Part shown: positions 31,901-39,576 of the stretch, piece after piece | How positions within the stretch are numbered: the stretch's first letter is position 1 | Layout: the number at the start of each line of letters is the position of its first letter | Origin: Giardia intestinalis | Taxonomy: Eukaryota | Direction: 5' to 3' (one strand) | DNA: 64,000 bases | Assembly: GCA_000002435.2 (NCBI GenBank) | Contig: CM018792.1 | Notes under the pieces: generated by a model | Told to the model about the DNA's origin: nothing | The model's database searches: none | Seen by the model: only the letters and a program-made list of their open reading frames with translations | Translations under genes and position numbers: made by a program

Positions 31901-31927
31901 GCGTTCATTGATTTAGTAGAACTCTAA
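25988..31927 (+). CDS. ABC transporter, full-size ABCA-like (TMD-NBD-TMD-NBD with a large extracytoplasmic domain).
   Basis: NBD1 has GLVATSGGGKST (Walker A) and LSGGMLRRLALANA...LILLDEITVGVD (signature and Walker B). NBD2 has LLGANGAGKSTMM and LSGGMRRRLTLAM...LICLDEATTGFS. Multi-pass hydrophobic blocks precede each NBD. The track starts at TTG 25973; the first ATG is 25988. Confidence 0.9.
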   Translation: MLPVLRLYLKTARAHLYLYICMIVMPVVVMAAVALFFSFEDRLQSPSSGLGEGTLPRLPLCRDLPGCTSQTVYLAFSPDTIEARRVVDRLAQQNGLESERIVAVKDRATMQRLVAGKNLGPSFVDDVIAANLGETVRRHLLGADGSLASILTPRGVLADRGVVAEMLDTAYGLDDRTLDAFDDEWAASMGPADSVFLALDLNISNREASDIPQAVQYSLWYSQEMMTWYAVKHPSPRTRSSTPNSYAMSYVWSPVSFSIFEAIHNALTGTFIGKTISYSLGEYPSQGSTTTLAGMQAYMILQLSIFLECILTLIFAAHFRGPFQTTLRRLGVSEFCMYGLTFGTLLIANLLAYGLLFGAGSLFKLFPFSNYTPSLNALVSITFALITTASVLLLHMFFYNTSVAIAFGTVALILLVAFPFLILLEQPDYPTIWTQFAIPTWLTKVFYVLFPPLGLVAICDMMITLRPERMSTLLVGQSASMYGLELLFNDIDGYHSKHFSCLGTMVASISECTFQLPYLGSLVVMSLIQSTLALPLLTLVLLFCKHEPGSQGLPLGFLCSRKFYRTRCPKDNPEFPFLSVSGLRKTYRKAKRCTVVKEEALCGLDLHLEQGEVTGLVATSGGGKSTALGIMAGELAPSGGQCAGLGHDLLCPYTARSLRGFISLCPQEWNNLWINLTVRENVLLCAEIRARVTGRLGELQHRSGSLDGYVDELLKRLGLHDHAHKQASALSGGMLRRLALANATAGGPRLILLDEITVGVDPILKRQIWAYVRALVTEGAAAVLSSHDANEIAELATRVVVLKAGRTQADAPVVQLLEEHGDYVVSVTSESRDAISRVALLLSTELGTLLGVGAKELSVTMDPRRASISIPATLVPDAHTLTSLIQHCRAFEKREGVQVAVSRARLEDVFEHLLDGEDDAQPEPLRSVTLDEDRKPSVTRHLLLLFLSLDLQEHCRSFVSILAALTALFVLIWMGVHYTLTSVKSAIELVEAAQLTEWSLSCLADCINANPGADPLLTDANVTTENVSEFLKANPGIDALQVMERCLVKRPRRLFEPMLQYPDGFSACLSYMNHLGLDTYRYDYLTVGDRQTGSLGTNETQFNWYYIGVVGDASKVETSDSVSLSLSLDDPLIASSPTGGLDYYVANEPQQISFSPQNFGDVWRRGVEAGLRHPLDSDDLFSLVAPRMTVPQYLRSDTSPPPKDTENRTLLLEETILRQPTASDFFEGITSTIGSTFTKPDCFDSQPAVQARVVRRVFRSIPAVIFQPGQHEAGSALLLKMYAMLPPLGPQGKAYRDWVITFTPSKERVDTPASTSKYFIPTLFQYLYKYANGAIDITKTDRVRFTFTTIGADAMAKMTGALFRQHLIESLRDTLGVEEAWRQGTEFTYDGSVMSIPRRYLNRDLIFETPGAALQSMEIMSDYYLVFLLLLGSVIVAGRAAREFQQRTVTLLHLHGASEMRVVMVLILYFSIWTIIPTILIAAALTALFKDAFFIHGPAVAAVAYTCLGMIALSSVFNAVLVAVLLRSQQNAMLTVVLQILIAVFVSGSLRAEGAVAAVLGLLAPGVGYMPVLRNAIGLSRISWGSLALSFLISLLEVFASLGVLLLRKIRVRQRIKDRTPDGSDSEESGLLSGLSETTSMTSLNLERKDAPPRHPDNHLSVQGISHSYRKGAHALDNASFSVPAGSIFALLGANGAGKSTMMHALTGVLRPTAGSALCVRNEADSRWVDLFRRVHHSRYITVVPQHDLYWPQLTVRDHVKIIRGLTPRALRPNIKSTDHVLRLVGLAEHADKRASALSGGMRRRLTLAMVLVSSPSLICLDEATTGFSGRLRKRVWDAILASKGANKTLIVTSHDMAEVEALADTCCVLRKGRVIASGSVDDLCAQSRVAYTLTVACGSLKAFDTYLAGPHKCACEFSGGLLADAEVNSVARLVKYRIPQGVDLETAISSLSSVGCLTHAWALTHARLEEAFIDLVEL

Positions 31928-31961
31928 AGAGGCGAGTGCTTGACGTAACTAAAGCTTGACT

Positions 31962-32174
31962 ATGAAAGGTACAAAAATGAAAATCAATATGCAGGTCACA
32001 GACCTGGAGTCACTGGTGGAGACGGCTAATAAGATCAATTATCTTGCACAGTCCCAACAGCGCTATACAAATGAGCTTAAGAATATGACTGCACAGGTTA
32101 ACATGCTCCTTCAACGCATAGATGAGGTTGACGATCGCACTGCCACCGTTACAGCAACTCTTGCGTCGTACTAA
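31962..32174 (+). CDS. Possible small coiled-coil protein (70 aa), unannotated micro-ORF.
   Basis: MKGTKMKINMQVTDLESLVETANKINYLAQSQQRYTNELKNMTAQVNMLLQRIDEVDDR... is amphipathic and helical. The gene fits exactly between the ABC transporter stop (31927) and the convergent SurE stop (32191). There is no homology support. Confidence 0.3.
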   Translation: MKGTKMKINMQVTDLESLVETANKINYLAQSQQRYTNELKNMTAQVNMLLQRIDEVDDRTATVTATLASY

Positions 32175-32190
32175 GTGCTTAGCTGTATAT

Positions 32191-33366
32191 TTACTTCACC
32201 TTTACTACCTCAATCGTTGGCAGGGATCCTGCTAGAATGGTGTGCAGTGGAGCGGCCAAATGGGTATCATTTATACATATTAGTGAACCTAGGTACGATA
32301 TTCTTACTGATATAGATGGGTCAAAGTCCCAGTCAAGCTGTGGACAGGGAAATTCAATCGTGAATGGGAATTGACCGGAGATGGTCGTCGTATACTCGTA
32401 AAGCATTATATAGGGCACGTCCATTCTCCGGGCGTCAACCAGCTTCAGAGATAGCTGTGAGCCATCTGGAATGGAGCACGATGGGTTGTTTGTGCAGACG
32501 ATTGTTCCTTTAAGAGTTGGTGGGCGCTTGGGACCCAGATTTGAAAGAACCCGGAGTACAGAGTCGTATTCATCGGTATGAAATCTGTCCGGATTCAGAG
32601 GAGTTACCGTGACCCAACCCTTCTCCACGGCATCGAAGTCGGCCTCGATAGTGCTGGGGACCCCCCTGTTGGGTAAAGAATCAGGGTCCAGCTCTCCTCG
32701 CATGGTCCAGCTGGAAGACGAGTTTAGAAGATCAATAGGGATACTGTATGCATACTTTACGGAGTAGTACCTGTGCCCTAGTACGGCTGCCTTGCATCCA
32801 AGCACCGGAACATGTGGGGCAGGAATATTTACGTTCCAGACCATGCCTAATCGTGTGTAACGCTGTCTTTTGGAGCCGTTTTGCGCCAAGTAAGATATGT
32901 ATGCATCCAGAGTCGTCTGCACAGGCTCCTTGCAATTGCTGAGCATGCACATCCCCTCTTCATGGTGATGCAGACAGTCTCCAGGCATGCCTCGGGTGTC
33001 CATGGAATAAGAGATAGCATGATATCCCATGTTTGCAGCCTCAAAGCACGCCCCTACTGTTCCTGAGTGGCAAACGTCACTGCCGCAGTTGGCCCCATTA
33101 TTGATCCCGGCAACAACAAGCTCCACATCCGGATGTAGTTGCAGCCCAAGACGCACGCAATCCACTGGGGAGCCCTCGATAACGTATCCGTGGGCCACAC
33201 GGGAAACATTGAGCTCCTTTATGTAGTGCAGACTTTGGCTTTTTCCTGATTGGTCATGAGCCGGCGCTGCAACGATTACTGTATGTCCACTATCTAACAT
33301 TATTTGTCGTAAAGTAGTCAGCCCTATAAAGTTGTGCCCGTCGTCATTGGTGAGGAGTATACGCAT
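32191..33366 (-). CDS. surE: SurE-family 5'/3'-nucleotidase (survival protein E) with a C-terminal extension of about 130 aa.
   Basis: Matches are MRILLTNDDG, AAPAHDQSGKSQSL, GSPVDCVRLGL, VVAGINNGANCGSDVCHSGTVGACFEAA and DFDAVEKGWVTVTPL, which align with E. coli SurE (MRILLSNDDG.., [61 protein letters not shown]). I start at the second ATG (33366), which carries an AT-rich initiator. The track start at 33420 would overlap the upstream gene. Confidence 0.85.
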   Translation of the reverse strand: MRILLTNDDGHNFIGLTTLRQIMLDSGHTVIVAAPAHDQSGKSQSLHYIKELNVSRVAHGYVIEGSPVDCVRLGLQLHPDVELVVAGINNGANCGSDVCHSGTVGACFEAANMGYHAISYSMDTRGMPGDCLHHHEEGMCMLSNCKEPVQTTLDAYISYLAQNGSKRQRYTRLGMVWNVNIPAPHVPVLGCKAAVLGHRYYSVKYAYSIPIDLLNSSSSWTMRGELDPDSLPNRGVPSTIEADFDAVEKGWVTVTPLNPDRFHTDEYDSVLRVLSNLGPKRPPTLKGTIVCTNNPSCSIPDGSQLSLKLVDARRMDVPYIMLYEYTTTISGQFPFTIEFPCPQLDWDFDPSISVRISYLGSLICINDTHLAAPLHTILAGSLPTIEVVKVK

Positions 33367-33412
33367 CCTGCTTTTGTTGAAATGCAAATTTGTGGAGGAA
33401 GAGGGTATCCTC

Positions 33413-35548
33413 TTACACATAATTTACACAGTCGGCTACTTGGGCGCAGTCTAGGAGCATGTGGGGGTCAGGAATCCTCCTGTTCACCCAGCACTCATAC
33501 CTTCGTAAGGCGCTAGCAACTAGCTCAGGAGAAATACTGTATTCGCTGTTCAGCTTGCGAGCATCAAGGGGCTGATTCCTCCTGGAGCTAGCAGAATAAC
33601 TTCCAATAACCTTGTCGATGCAAGACTGTAAAACAGTATAAACCTCAGCAGATATGTCATTTCTCGCAGCCCCAAAGATAGAGTCAGGGATAGTGAGGAG
33701 GGGAATGCATGCGAAGTCATAGGCATGGTGCCTTTGCAAATAGTAAGAGGCTGCTAACGAATAAGGTTGCAGTAAAACTTGTCTTTCATAGAAGTCTTTG
33801 GGTCCGAAGCCCAGCCCGAGCAAGACGGAGACGACAATGAAAATGAGAACCTCGTTATATCGTGAAGCATAATAGCCCATGGTAAGCTTGATAAAAAGGT
33901 CTGACGGCGGGCTCTCGTCATCGGCCTTTGTAAGCTTAAGATACTGCGATTGAGCAAAAGGAGGCATTTGGAACCCGCTGGGACCCGCATTGGCAACATT
34001 CTGTGCAAGCGGATGCGACTTCCGATCCCTGTCCCTCTCTAGTTGGTCGTCTATGAGTTGCCGTTCAAGGGACGTAAGACACGAGATCCCAGCGTAGTGC
34101 TTCATTAATACCACGGTGAGATCATCAGAGAATTCCTTGTGAAGATTGCACTGTTCGCTCAGCCGCTCAGCGAGATGCAGGGAGTCTCCGACGGTCCCAG
34201 GACACAGATGCAGACCTGCCAGGAGACAGTCCAAAACAGTCGTACAGTACATCCTAAGTGAATGTATCTGCCCACTCATGACGCTGAGTAACAAAAGAGG
34301 ATCTATCCCCACCTCTCTGCACTGTGCACGTAGGGTCCTGACGCTTTCCTGCTGGGCACCGTCACCAGACATGGCTATTTCTCGTATAAGTTTTTCGCAG
34401 TGAGTCTGCGTATTGAGCGAGCAACCTTGAACGATTATCAGAGAGAGACTGGGAATATTCAGGAGTTTAAGAATACTTGCGACCTTCTCGTATTTGCCAG
34501 CTATAAGAAGTAGTGCTAACGAAGCATTAATATCCTGTGGAGACAATTCTTGAAAACTGCCCGTGCTAACCTGATCGGCCACCCTGATTGCATCAGCATA
34601 TTTGGTCAGTGATAATGCAGCTCCCGTAAATAATGCCTGCAGCCCATACTTTCTGGACACCACCTCCTTGGTAGAGTTCCGAAGCCCTTTCCGGGATTGT
34701 CCTGATATTTTTTTATTCCTTAGTAAGCGAGTTGATAGAGCCTCACTGTCTTCCAGCCCACCATGCTGGAGAATATCATCAATATATTCTGTCTCTGTAT
34801 ACACGTGAAGTCCCTCAAAGAGAGGAGCACTCGTTGTTTGTGAGATGACTGCTGGGTTGTTTGCGTAGAGACAGCACATCACATTGACAATGAAGTGTGC
34901 CTTGTGATTGGCACCAGCGGGTTGAATAAGGGCCAGGGCCATAAGCAAATAAAACGCCGTCTTCTCTATGTGGGGTTGTAAAGATTGGTTGGCATCCAAC
35001 TCGTGTCTAATGCCAAGGTTAGACAAAGAAAGGTAGCACAAATTAAATAAGTGGGTAGTAGGAGCACGATCTGGGACGCTCGTATCTGTGTAGGAGTAGG
35101 CACACGGCACGCTAGCCTTGTAGAATTCCCTTAACATCAGTAGATAATACGGTAGATCTGCAGCATTGTAAGGTTGCTCAGTAAGAACATTTCGCTCTCT
35201 CAAAGTTATGGATGTCATGTCACATGTATCGATGCGTTCAAGGCGTATGATAGCCTTGTCAGAGCTTGGTTGCATAGCGTTGCCATCTGATGTGAAAGCG
35301 ATTGGAGCTGCAGTGCTAAGCGTAGATAAGATAAGCGCAGAGTTAGTAACTGCACAGGAACCAATGCTACGAGTCTTAGGCAAAGCGAAGGGAAGTGAGA
35401 TGGGAAGACGTGGACACCCATCAGGAATCATGTAGACAGGCTCAGGCTGCTCCTGTTGGAGATTCTCAGCTAACCCCTCCTCAGCTGGTGAGTGCACCTG
35501 GCTGGCGCCTATCTCATATGCTGAAAGAAGGAGAGTCTTACTTAGCAT
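33413..35548 (-). CDS. Hypothetical alpha-helical protein (711 aa).
   Basis: Long ORF whose first ATG at 35548 is preceded by ttttgttttcaacttttggtaATG on the coding strand (the track start is TTG). No domain recognised. Confidence 0.55.
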   Translation of the reverse strand: MLSKTLLLSAYEIGASQVHSPAEEGLAENLQQEQPEPVYMIPDGCPRLPISLPFALPKTRSIGSCAVTNSALILSTLSTAAPIAFTSDGNAMQPSSDKAIIRLERIDTCDMTSITLRERNVLTEQPYNAADLPYYLLMLREFYKASVPCAYSYTDTSVPDRAPTTHLFNLCYLSLSNLGIRHELDANQSLQPHIEKTAFYLLMALALIQPAGANHKAHFIVNVMCCLYANNPAVISQTTSAPLFEGLHVYTETEYIDDILQHGGLEDSEALSTRLLRNKKISGQSRKGLRNSTKEVVSRKYGLQALFTGAALSLTKYADAIRVADQVSTGSFQELSPQDINASLALLLIAGKYEKVASILKLLNIPSLSLIIVQGCSLNTQTHCEKLIREIAMSGDGAQQESVRTLRAQCREVGIDPLLLLSVMSGQIHSLRMYCTTVLDCLLAGLHLCPGTVGDSLHLAERLSEQCNLHKEFSDDLTVVLMKHYAGISCLTSLERQLIDDQLERDRDRKSHPLAQNVANAGPSGFQMPPFAQSQYLKLTKADDESPPSDLFIKLTMGYYASRYNEVLIFIVVSVLLGLGFGPKDFYERQVLLQPYSLAASYYLQRHHAYDFACIPLLTIPDSIFGAARNDISAEVYTVLQSCIDKVIGSYSASSRRNQPLDARKLNSEYSISPELVASALRRYECWVNRRIPDPHMLLDCAQVADCVNYV

Positions 35549-35619
35549 TACCAAAAGTTGAAAACAAAAAGCCTTCTATTTATTGCAATTGCAATCGCAA
35601 TTGCAATTCGTTTTATTTT
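35549..35619. promoter_or_regulatory. 71-bp bidirectional AT-rich promoter region containing a (TTGCAA)n palindromic hexamer array.
   Basis: Sequence taccaaaagttgaaaacaaaaagccttctatttattgcaattgcaatcgcaattgcaattcgttttattttat lies between divergent ATGs at 35548 (-) and 35620 (+). Confidence 0.5.
35583..35606. repeat. Tandem TTGCAA/TCGCAA hexamer, 4 copies (a self-complementary motif).
   Basis: ttgcaa ttgcaa tcgcaa ttgcaa, read directly from the sequence. Confidence 0.8.
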
Positions 35620-36797
35620 ATATGGCCTGGAAGGCGATAGGCATAGCATCCCTTCTTGGGCTCATAGGAAGCAACTTTGTGAGACATGATGATGCAGCGC
35701 AGAGTCACAATAAGAGACCAAATAGCATAGTTGAGACAGGGCCTAGACCCACAATTCCGCAATCTAAAAGTCCGCGAGATCCGCCAAACACCTCACTTCT
35801 ATTAGTCTCCATTTCCAAGAGTATTACAAGTGATACAGCGCAACAAGACAAGGCCATTCATAGGGACGCGATCAACAGTACCCCACTCATGCATGCAGCG
35901 GCTAAGGGAGATCTGACCAAAATAAGCACATACATGCACATGGTCAGCAGACAGGACAACAGAGGAATGACAGCTCTCATGTATGCGGCATATTATGGTC
36001 ATGTAGAGGCTGTCAAACTGCTTGTGTGGGGCGAAGCAAAGATCCACGATAAAAGGGGGAAAACAGCATTAATGTATGCTGCTCAGCAAGGGTTTGGAGA
36101 ATGCGTTCGCGCCTTGCTTCCGTTTGAAAAGGGAATGGTGGACAAGGATAACTGGAACGCATTAATGTATTCGGCCATGTGTAACGACATGCCGTGCCAA
36201 GATCTAATTGATGCAGAGAGTACTTATCTAACGGGAGACAGCGACAGTATCTTGAAGGTTGGGCTTCTATCCAAGCATAACAAGATAGGAAAGAACGAAA
36301 TACAAAGCGCCAATCTCCCTCTAATTGAGGTCAATATACTGGGGATTACACCGCTAATGGAGGCAGCGACAGTTGGGGACATCCAAGGGGTGAAAGCACA
36401 CATTAAGACATATAGGGGACGGAAGGACCGCTACGGCACAACGGCCCTTATGTATGCAGCAATAGGAAACCACGTTGAGTGCGTTCGGTTGCTACGCACA
36501 TCAGAGCGACGAGAGCAGGACCACGAGGGATTCACGGCTCTCATGAGGGCAGCGATATACGGCAACATAGAGTGCATAGAGCTTCTTGCCGCTGATGAAG
36601 GTGGAATGCTTAACAATATTCAATGGAGTGCGATCGCATACCTTATTCAGAACAATTACTTCGAGGGTCTGCAATACCTTCTCCACCTAGAAGGAAATCT
36701 ACACGAAAAGGAAGAGGTGGGCTATTCCATATTTTCACTGCTGGAGCACTCAGCCAATCCACAAGTTCAGATGCTTCTGCAAGCTACTGAGATCTAG
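35620..36797 (+). CDS. Ankyrin-repeat protein (Giardia protein 21.1-like).
   Basis: Repeated TALMYAA..GH.E.V.LL ankyrin units (MTALMYAAYYGHVEAVKLL, KTALMYAAQQGFGECVRALL, TTALMYAAIGNHVECVRLL, FTALMRAAIYGNIECIELL). I start at the first ATG after the AT-rich tract; the track start is TTG 35583. Confidence 0.8.
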
Positions 36798-36976
36798 GCT
36801 TCTACATATCTAAGAGCTGTCGAGAGCCGTATGCAACCAAGCATGAGATCTAAGCGACTGAAAGGGTCTATAGTCTTTTTTCGTGGTCTATTAAACATTT
36901 GGGGGACGATACACGTCTGTAAGAAAGATAACAAGATAGGAAGTTAGCGCAAATGTACATCGACAGAGCGGGCTTC

Positions 36977-39574
36977 TTAGGAACACTTCTTGTGCGACAG
37001 ACCGTCCTCTGAACGGTAGATGATCGGGTACTTTTTCACAGGCCCGCCAGTAGTGTAGCCCAATGGTATTGGCAGGTAGACATCCAATAGATTATAATAA
37101 AGCAGAAGGATCCATTGATAAATGAGTAAGTGATGATCAAACATCTCAGAGTCGAAAATGAGTTCGTTGAATACTTCCGGAGGCGCAGAAAAGATCCGAA
37201 GAACAGAATAATTCTCAACGCCAAGTTCCTTTTGGCGCTTTACGAGATCTTTCAGTGTAGATATCTTATTTCCATAATTGAATGAGATCACGTACTGAAT
37301 GCCGGGGACATATGTATTAATATCTTCGTCTGGACAAGCGTAGTCCATAGTGAACGCCGTATACTCCTGCTTAAGTTCCTTGTCACTCATCTCCTTCAGT
37401 TTCTTCAGTTCTCCAGCAAATATCTTCTTGAGCTTCTGCACTGCATCAGTACTCTCATCTCTGATCTCCGGAGAAGCAACATCTGTTGACTCCGTTACGG
37501 AAAAGTTGGTAACAGCAAAGCTAGTGGCCAACTCCGAACCTGGGACCCAGACTCCCAGTTCCGATTCGGTGATGAATTCATTGTTCGGTAGTACAGATGG
37601 CTCCGATGATGGCGTTGCCGTGCTGCTTTCGGAGAAACTGGTAAAGATATCGGTAATTCGCGAGAATTCTTCTGTGCTTGATGAGTCATCTAGCTTAACT
37701 AAATTACATTCGATTAATCGCTCTGAAACAGCTTCTATAAGCTCTGTCGGGGCCTTCTCAATGAAATCGGCACCAGTGCGCAAGGAATGGCTGTCTCTGA
37801 CTGGGCAGTATTCGGAGATATCTGCAGATAGTGGGTTTGGTGTAGGCGATACTGGAACCTTGGGGTCATATGCCTTGTAAGAAGATCGAGACAGTATAGC
37901 ATCAGAAGGGTTATGTTCGACGGCTCCAATGGACAAATAATCGCCTGTAGATAGAATGTTACGTGGAAGTTTCTCTGTATTGCGATCTGTGCGGGAGCCT
38001 TTTACATGGACCGGGGTGGGTGTTGCAGACTCTGTAGCGGAAGAACCTGGGGCAGCACACTTAGACGAACCATCATTGTCACTGTCAGTGATCAGTATAG
38101 GCGGTTGATCAAGTCCAGAAACAACGCCGCATGTGACGTGTCTGCTCGTTGGTACTGCAAGGCTGATGTTTGACAAGGATGCGGACGAAGCTTTCTTTTT
38201 CTTCTTTTGGTGCCGTGCATCTGCAAATTCTTTGCGCAAATGCCGTCTCTTCGATATCTCCGAAAGTAGTCCGAGCCTCCTGAATGCGAAAAGAAAGCCT
38301 TTGGTGCTAATTCTGGGCCCGAAGTCGCTTTGCATGCAGATATTGATGAAGCCATAGCTAGATAGAAGGTCGCAGAGGGACTTACTACCACATGGCGGCG
38401 AACAAAACCCTATTACCTTTATACGTTGATATGGGATGTGATAGGACCAAAACCACCCCATCAACATGGAAACAGAACCGCCCAGCGAGTGCCCCGTTAA
38501 TGTAAGATAATAGTTAGGGTATTTTTCCAACGTATCTCGTAGTATCTTGTACGTGTCATGGTAGATGTATGCTGCTGCAGCGTAGATTCCTGCATGCCCG
38601 TAGTACTTTGTAAACTCGGTAATGGGCTTGATAAGCAAATCTTTCGATTTCAGCTTCCTCCGAAGCATTTGATATCGGTTCTTCTTCTCTTCTGTCATAC
38701 CAGGTGTGTATAGAGTCATATTATCTATGATTGGACTGTGTAGAGGTGGGTTATGAAAAGCCTTGTCCTTTCCCGACTTCATATGAGATGTTTTGGAGGC
38801 ACGTGTCTTTGTCGCCCTTTTCGTTTTTTTCAGCATCTGGGACTGTACGTACGTTCGGGGTTGAAGGCTTAATATTCCCTCAACGTTTGTTCGCTGTTGG
38901 ACGGCCGTTTCTGTGTCTATGTTGGTAACAAATTTATCGCGAGAAGATGCCTTGACCAAAAGCTCAAACTTCTCTGGCGGGGCTGTGTACTCGGTACTTA
39001 AACAAAAAATATCAGTTACCATGTCCGCCAGCGAATAGCTGCCTCTAATCGCCACAACTATCTCATACCGCCGATGGTCCAAATATATGGCTGCACATGG
39101 CATGAAATAACGTGCTTTAGTAGTGAAATAGAGGGTGTCGAGAGGCGAAACACCCATTGCTGCAGAAAATGTATTCAATTCAAATGTATTCTTTGCGCAC
39201 TTTCCATTGAGTGTGGGGCCGAACCTGCGGTTCCGGTGCTTGTAGTAGCGAGATGCCTGCTTTCTGATTCGGCTGGCGTTCAGAGTAGGAAGCTTAAAGG
39301 GATCGTGGTTCAGGGTGTACCTTGACTCATAAGAGCCGTAAACAGCGAATGCAGCACGACAATAATGTAGTAGTTCTGCTACAAAGTTAGGGTTAGTAAT
39401 AGAGGGGTAGATAGAGGAGGAGCAAAAGTTGGGATAAGGTTGCACCTTGTCACGCTTCATCTTGTTGATGAGAAAGAGCCTATTTGAGTTCGTCTCGGGG
39501 CTTATGTCTTTGAAGTGCTGAATAAGTAGCCTGACGATCCGAATAGCCTCGCCAACAGAGGTGAGGCAATCCAT
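36977..39574 (-). CDS. Class-3 lipase (sn-1 diacylglycerol-lipase-like alpha/beta hydrolase), 865 aa.
   Basis: The nucleophile elbow is LTGHSLGGSVSM, and upstream is VVAIRGSYSLADMVTDI (VVAIRGT..DW-type Lipase_3 motif). The start codon sits 2 nt after the stop codon of the upstream gene. Confidence 0.8.
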   Translation of the reverse strand: MDCLTSVGEAIRIVRLLIQHFKDISPETNSNRLFLINKMKRDKVQPYPNFCSSSIYPSITNPNFVAELLHYCRAAFAVYGSYESRYTLNHDPFKLPTLNASRIRKQASRYYKHRNRRFGPTLNGKCAKNTFELNTFSAAMGVSPLDTLYFTTKARYFMPCAAIYLDHRRYEIVVAIRGSYSLADMVTDIFCLSTEYTAPPEKFELLVKASSRDKFVTNIDTETAVQQRTNVEGILSLQPRTYVQSQMLKKTKRATKTRASKTSHMKSGKDKAFHNPPLHSPIIDNMTLYTPGMTEEKKNRYQMLRRKLKSKDLLIKPITEFTKYYGHAGIYAAAAYIYHDTYKILRDTLEKYPNYYLTLTGHSLGGSVSMLMGWFWSYHIPYQRIKVIGFCSPPCGSKSLCDLLSSYGFINICMQSDFGPRISTKGFLFAFRRLGLLSEISKRRHLRKEFADARHQKKKKKASSASLSNISLAVPTSRHVTCGVVSGLDQPPILITDSDNDGSSKCAAPGSSATESATPTPVHVKGSRTDRNTEKLPRNILSTGDYLSIGAVEHNPSDAILSRSSYKAYDPKVPVSPTPNPLSADISEYCPVRDSHSLRTGADFIEKAPTELIEAVSERLIECNLVKLDDSSSTEEFSRITDIFTSFSESSTATPSSEPSVLPNNEFITESELGVWVPGSELATSFAVTNFSVTESTDVASPEIRDESTDAVQKLKKIFAGELKKLKEMSDKELKQEYTAFTMDYACPDEDINTYVPGIQYVISFNYGNKISTLKDLVKRQKELGVENYSVLRIFSAPPEVFNELIFDSEMFDHHLLIYQWILLLYYNLLDVYLPIPLGYTTGGPVKKYPIIYRSEDGLSHKKCS

Positions 39575-39576
39575 TG

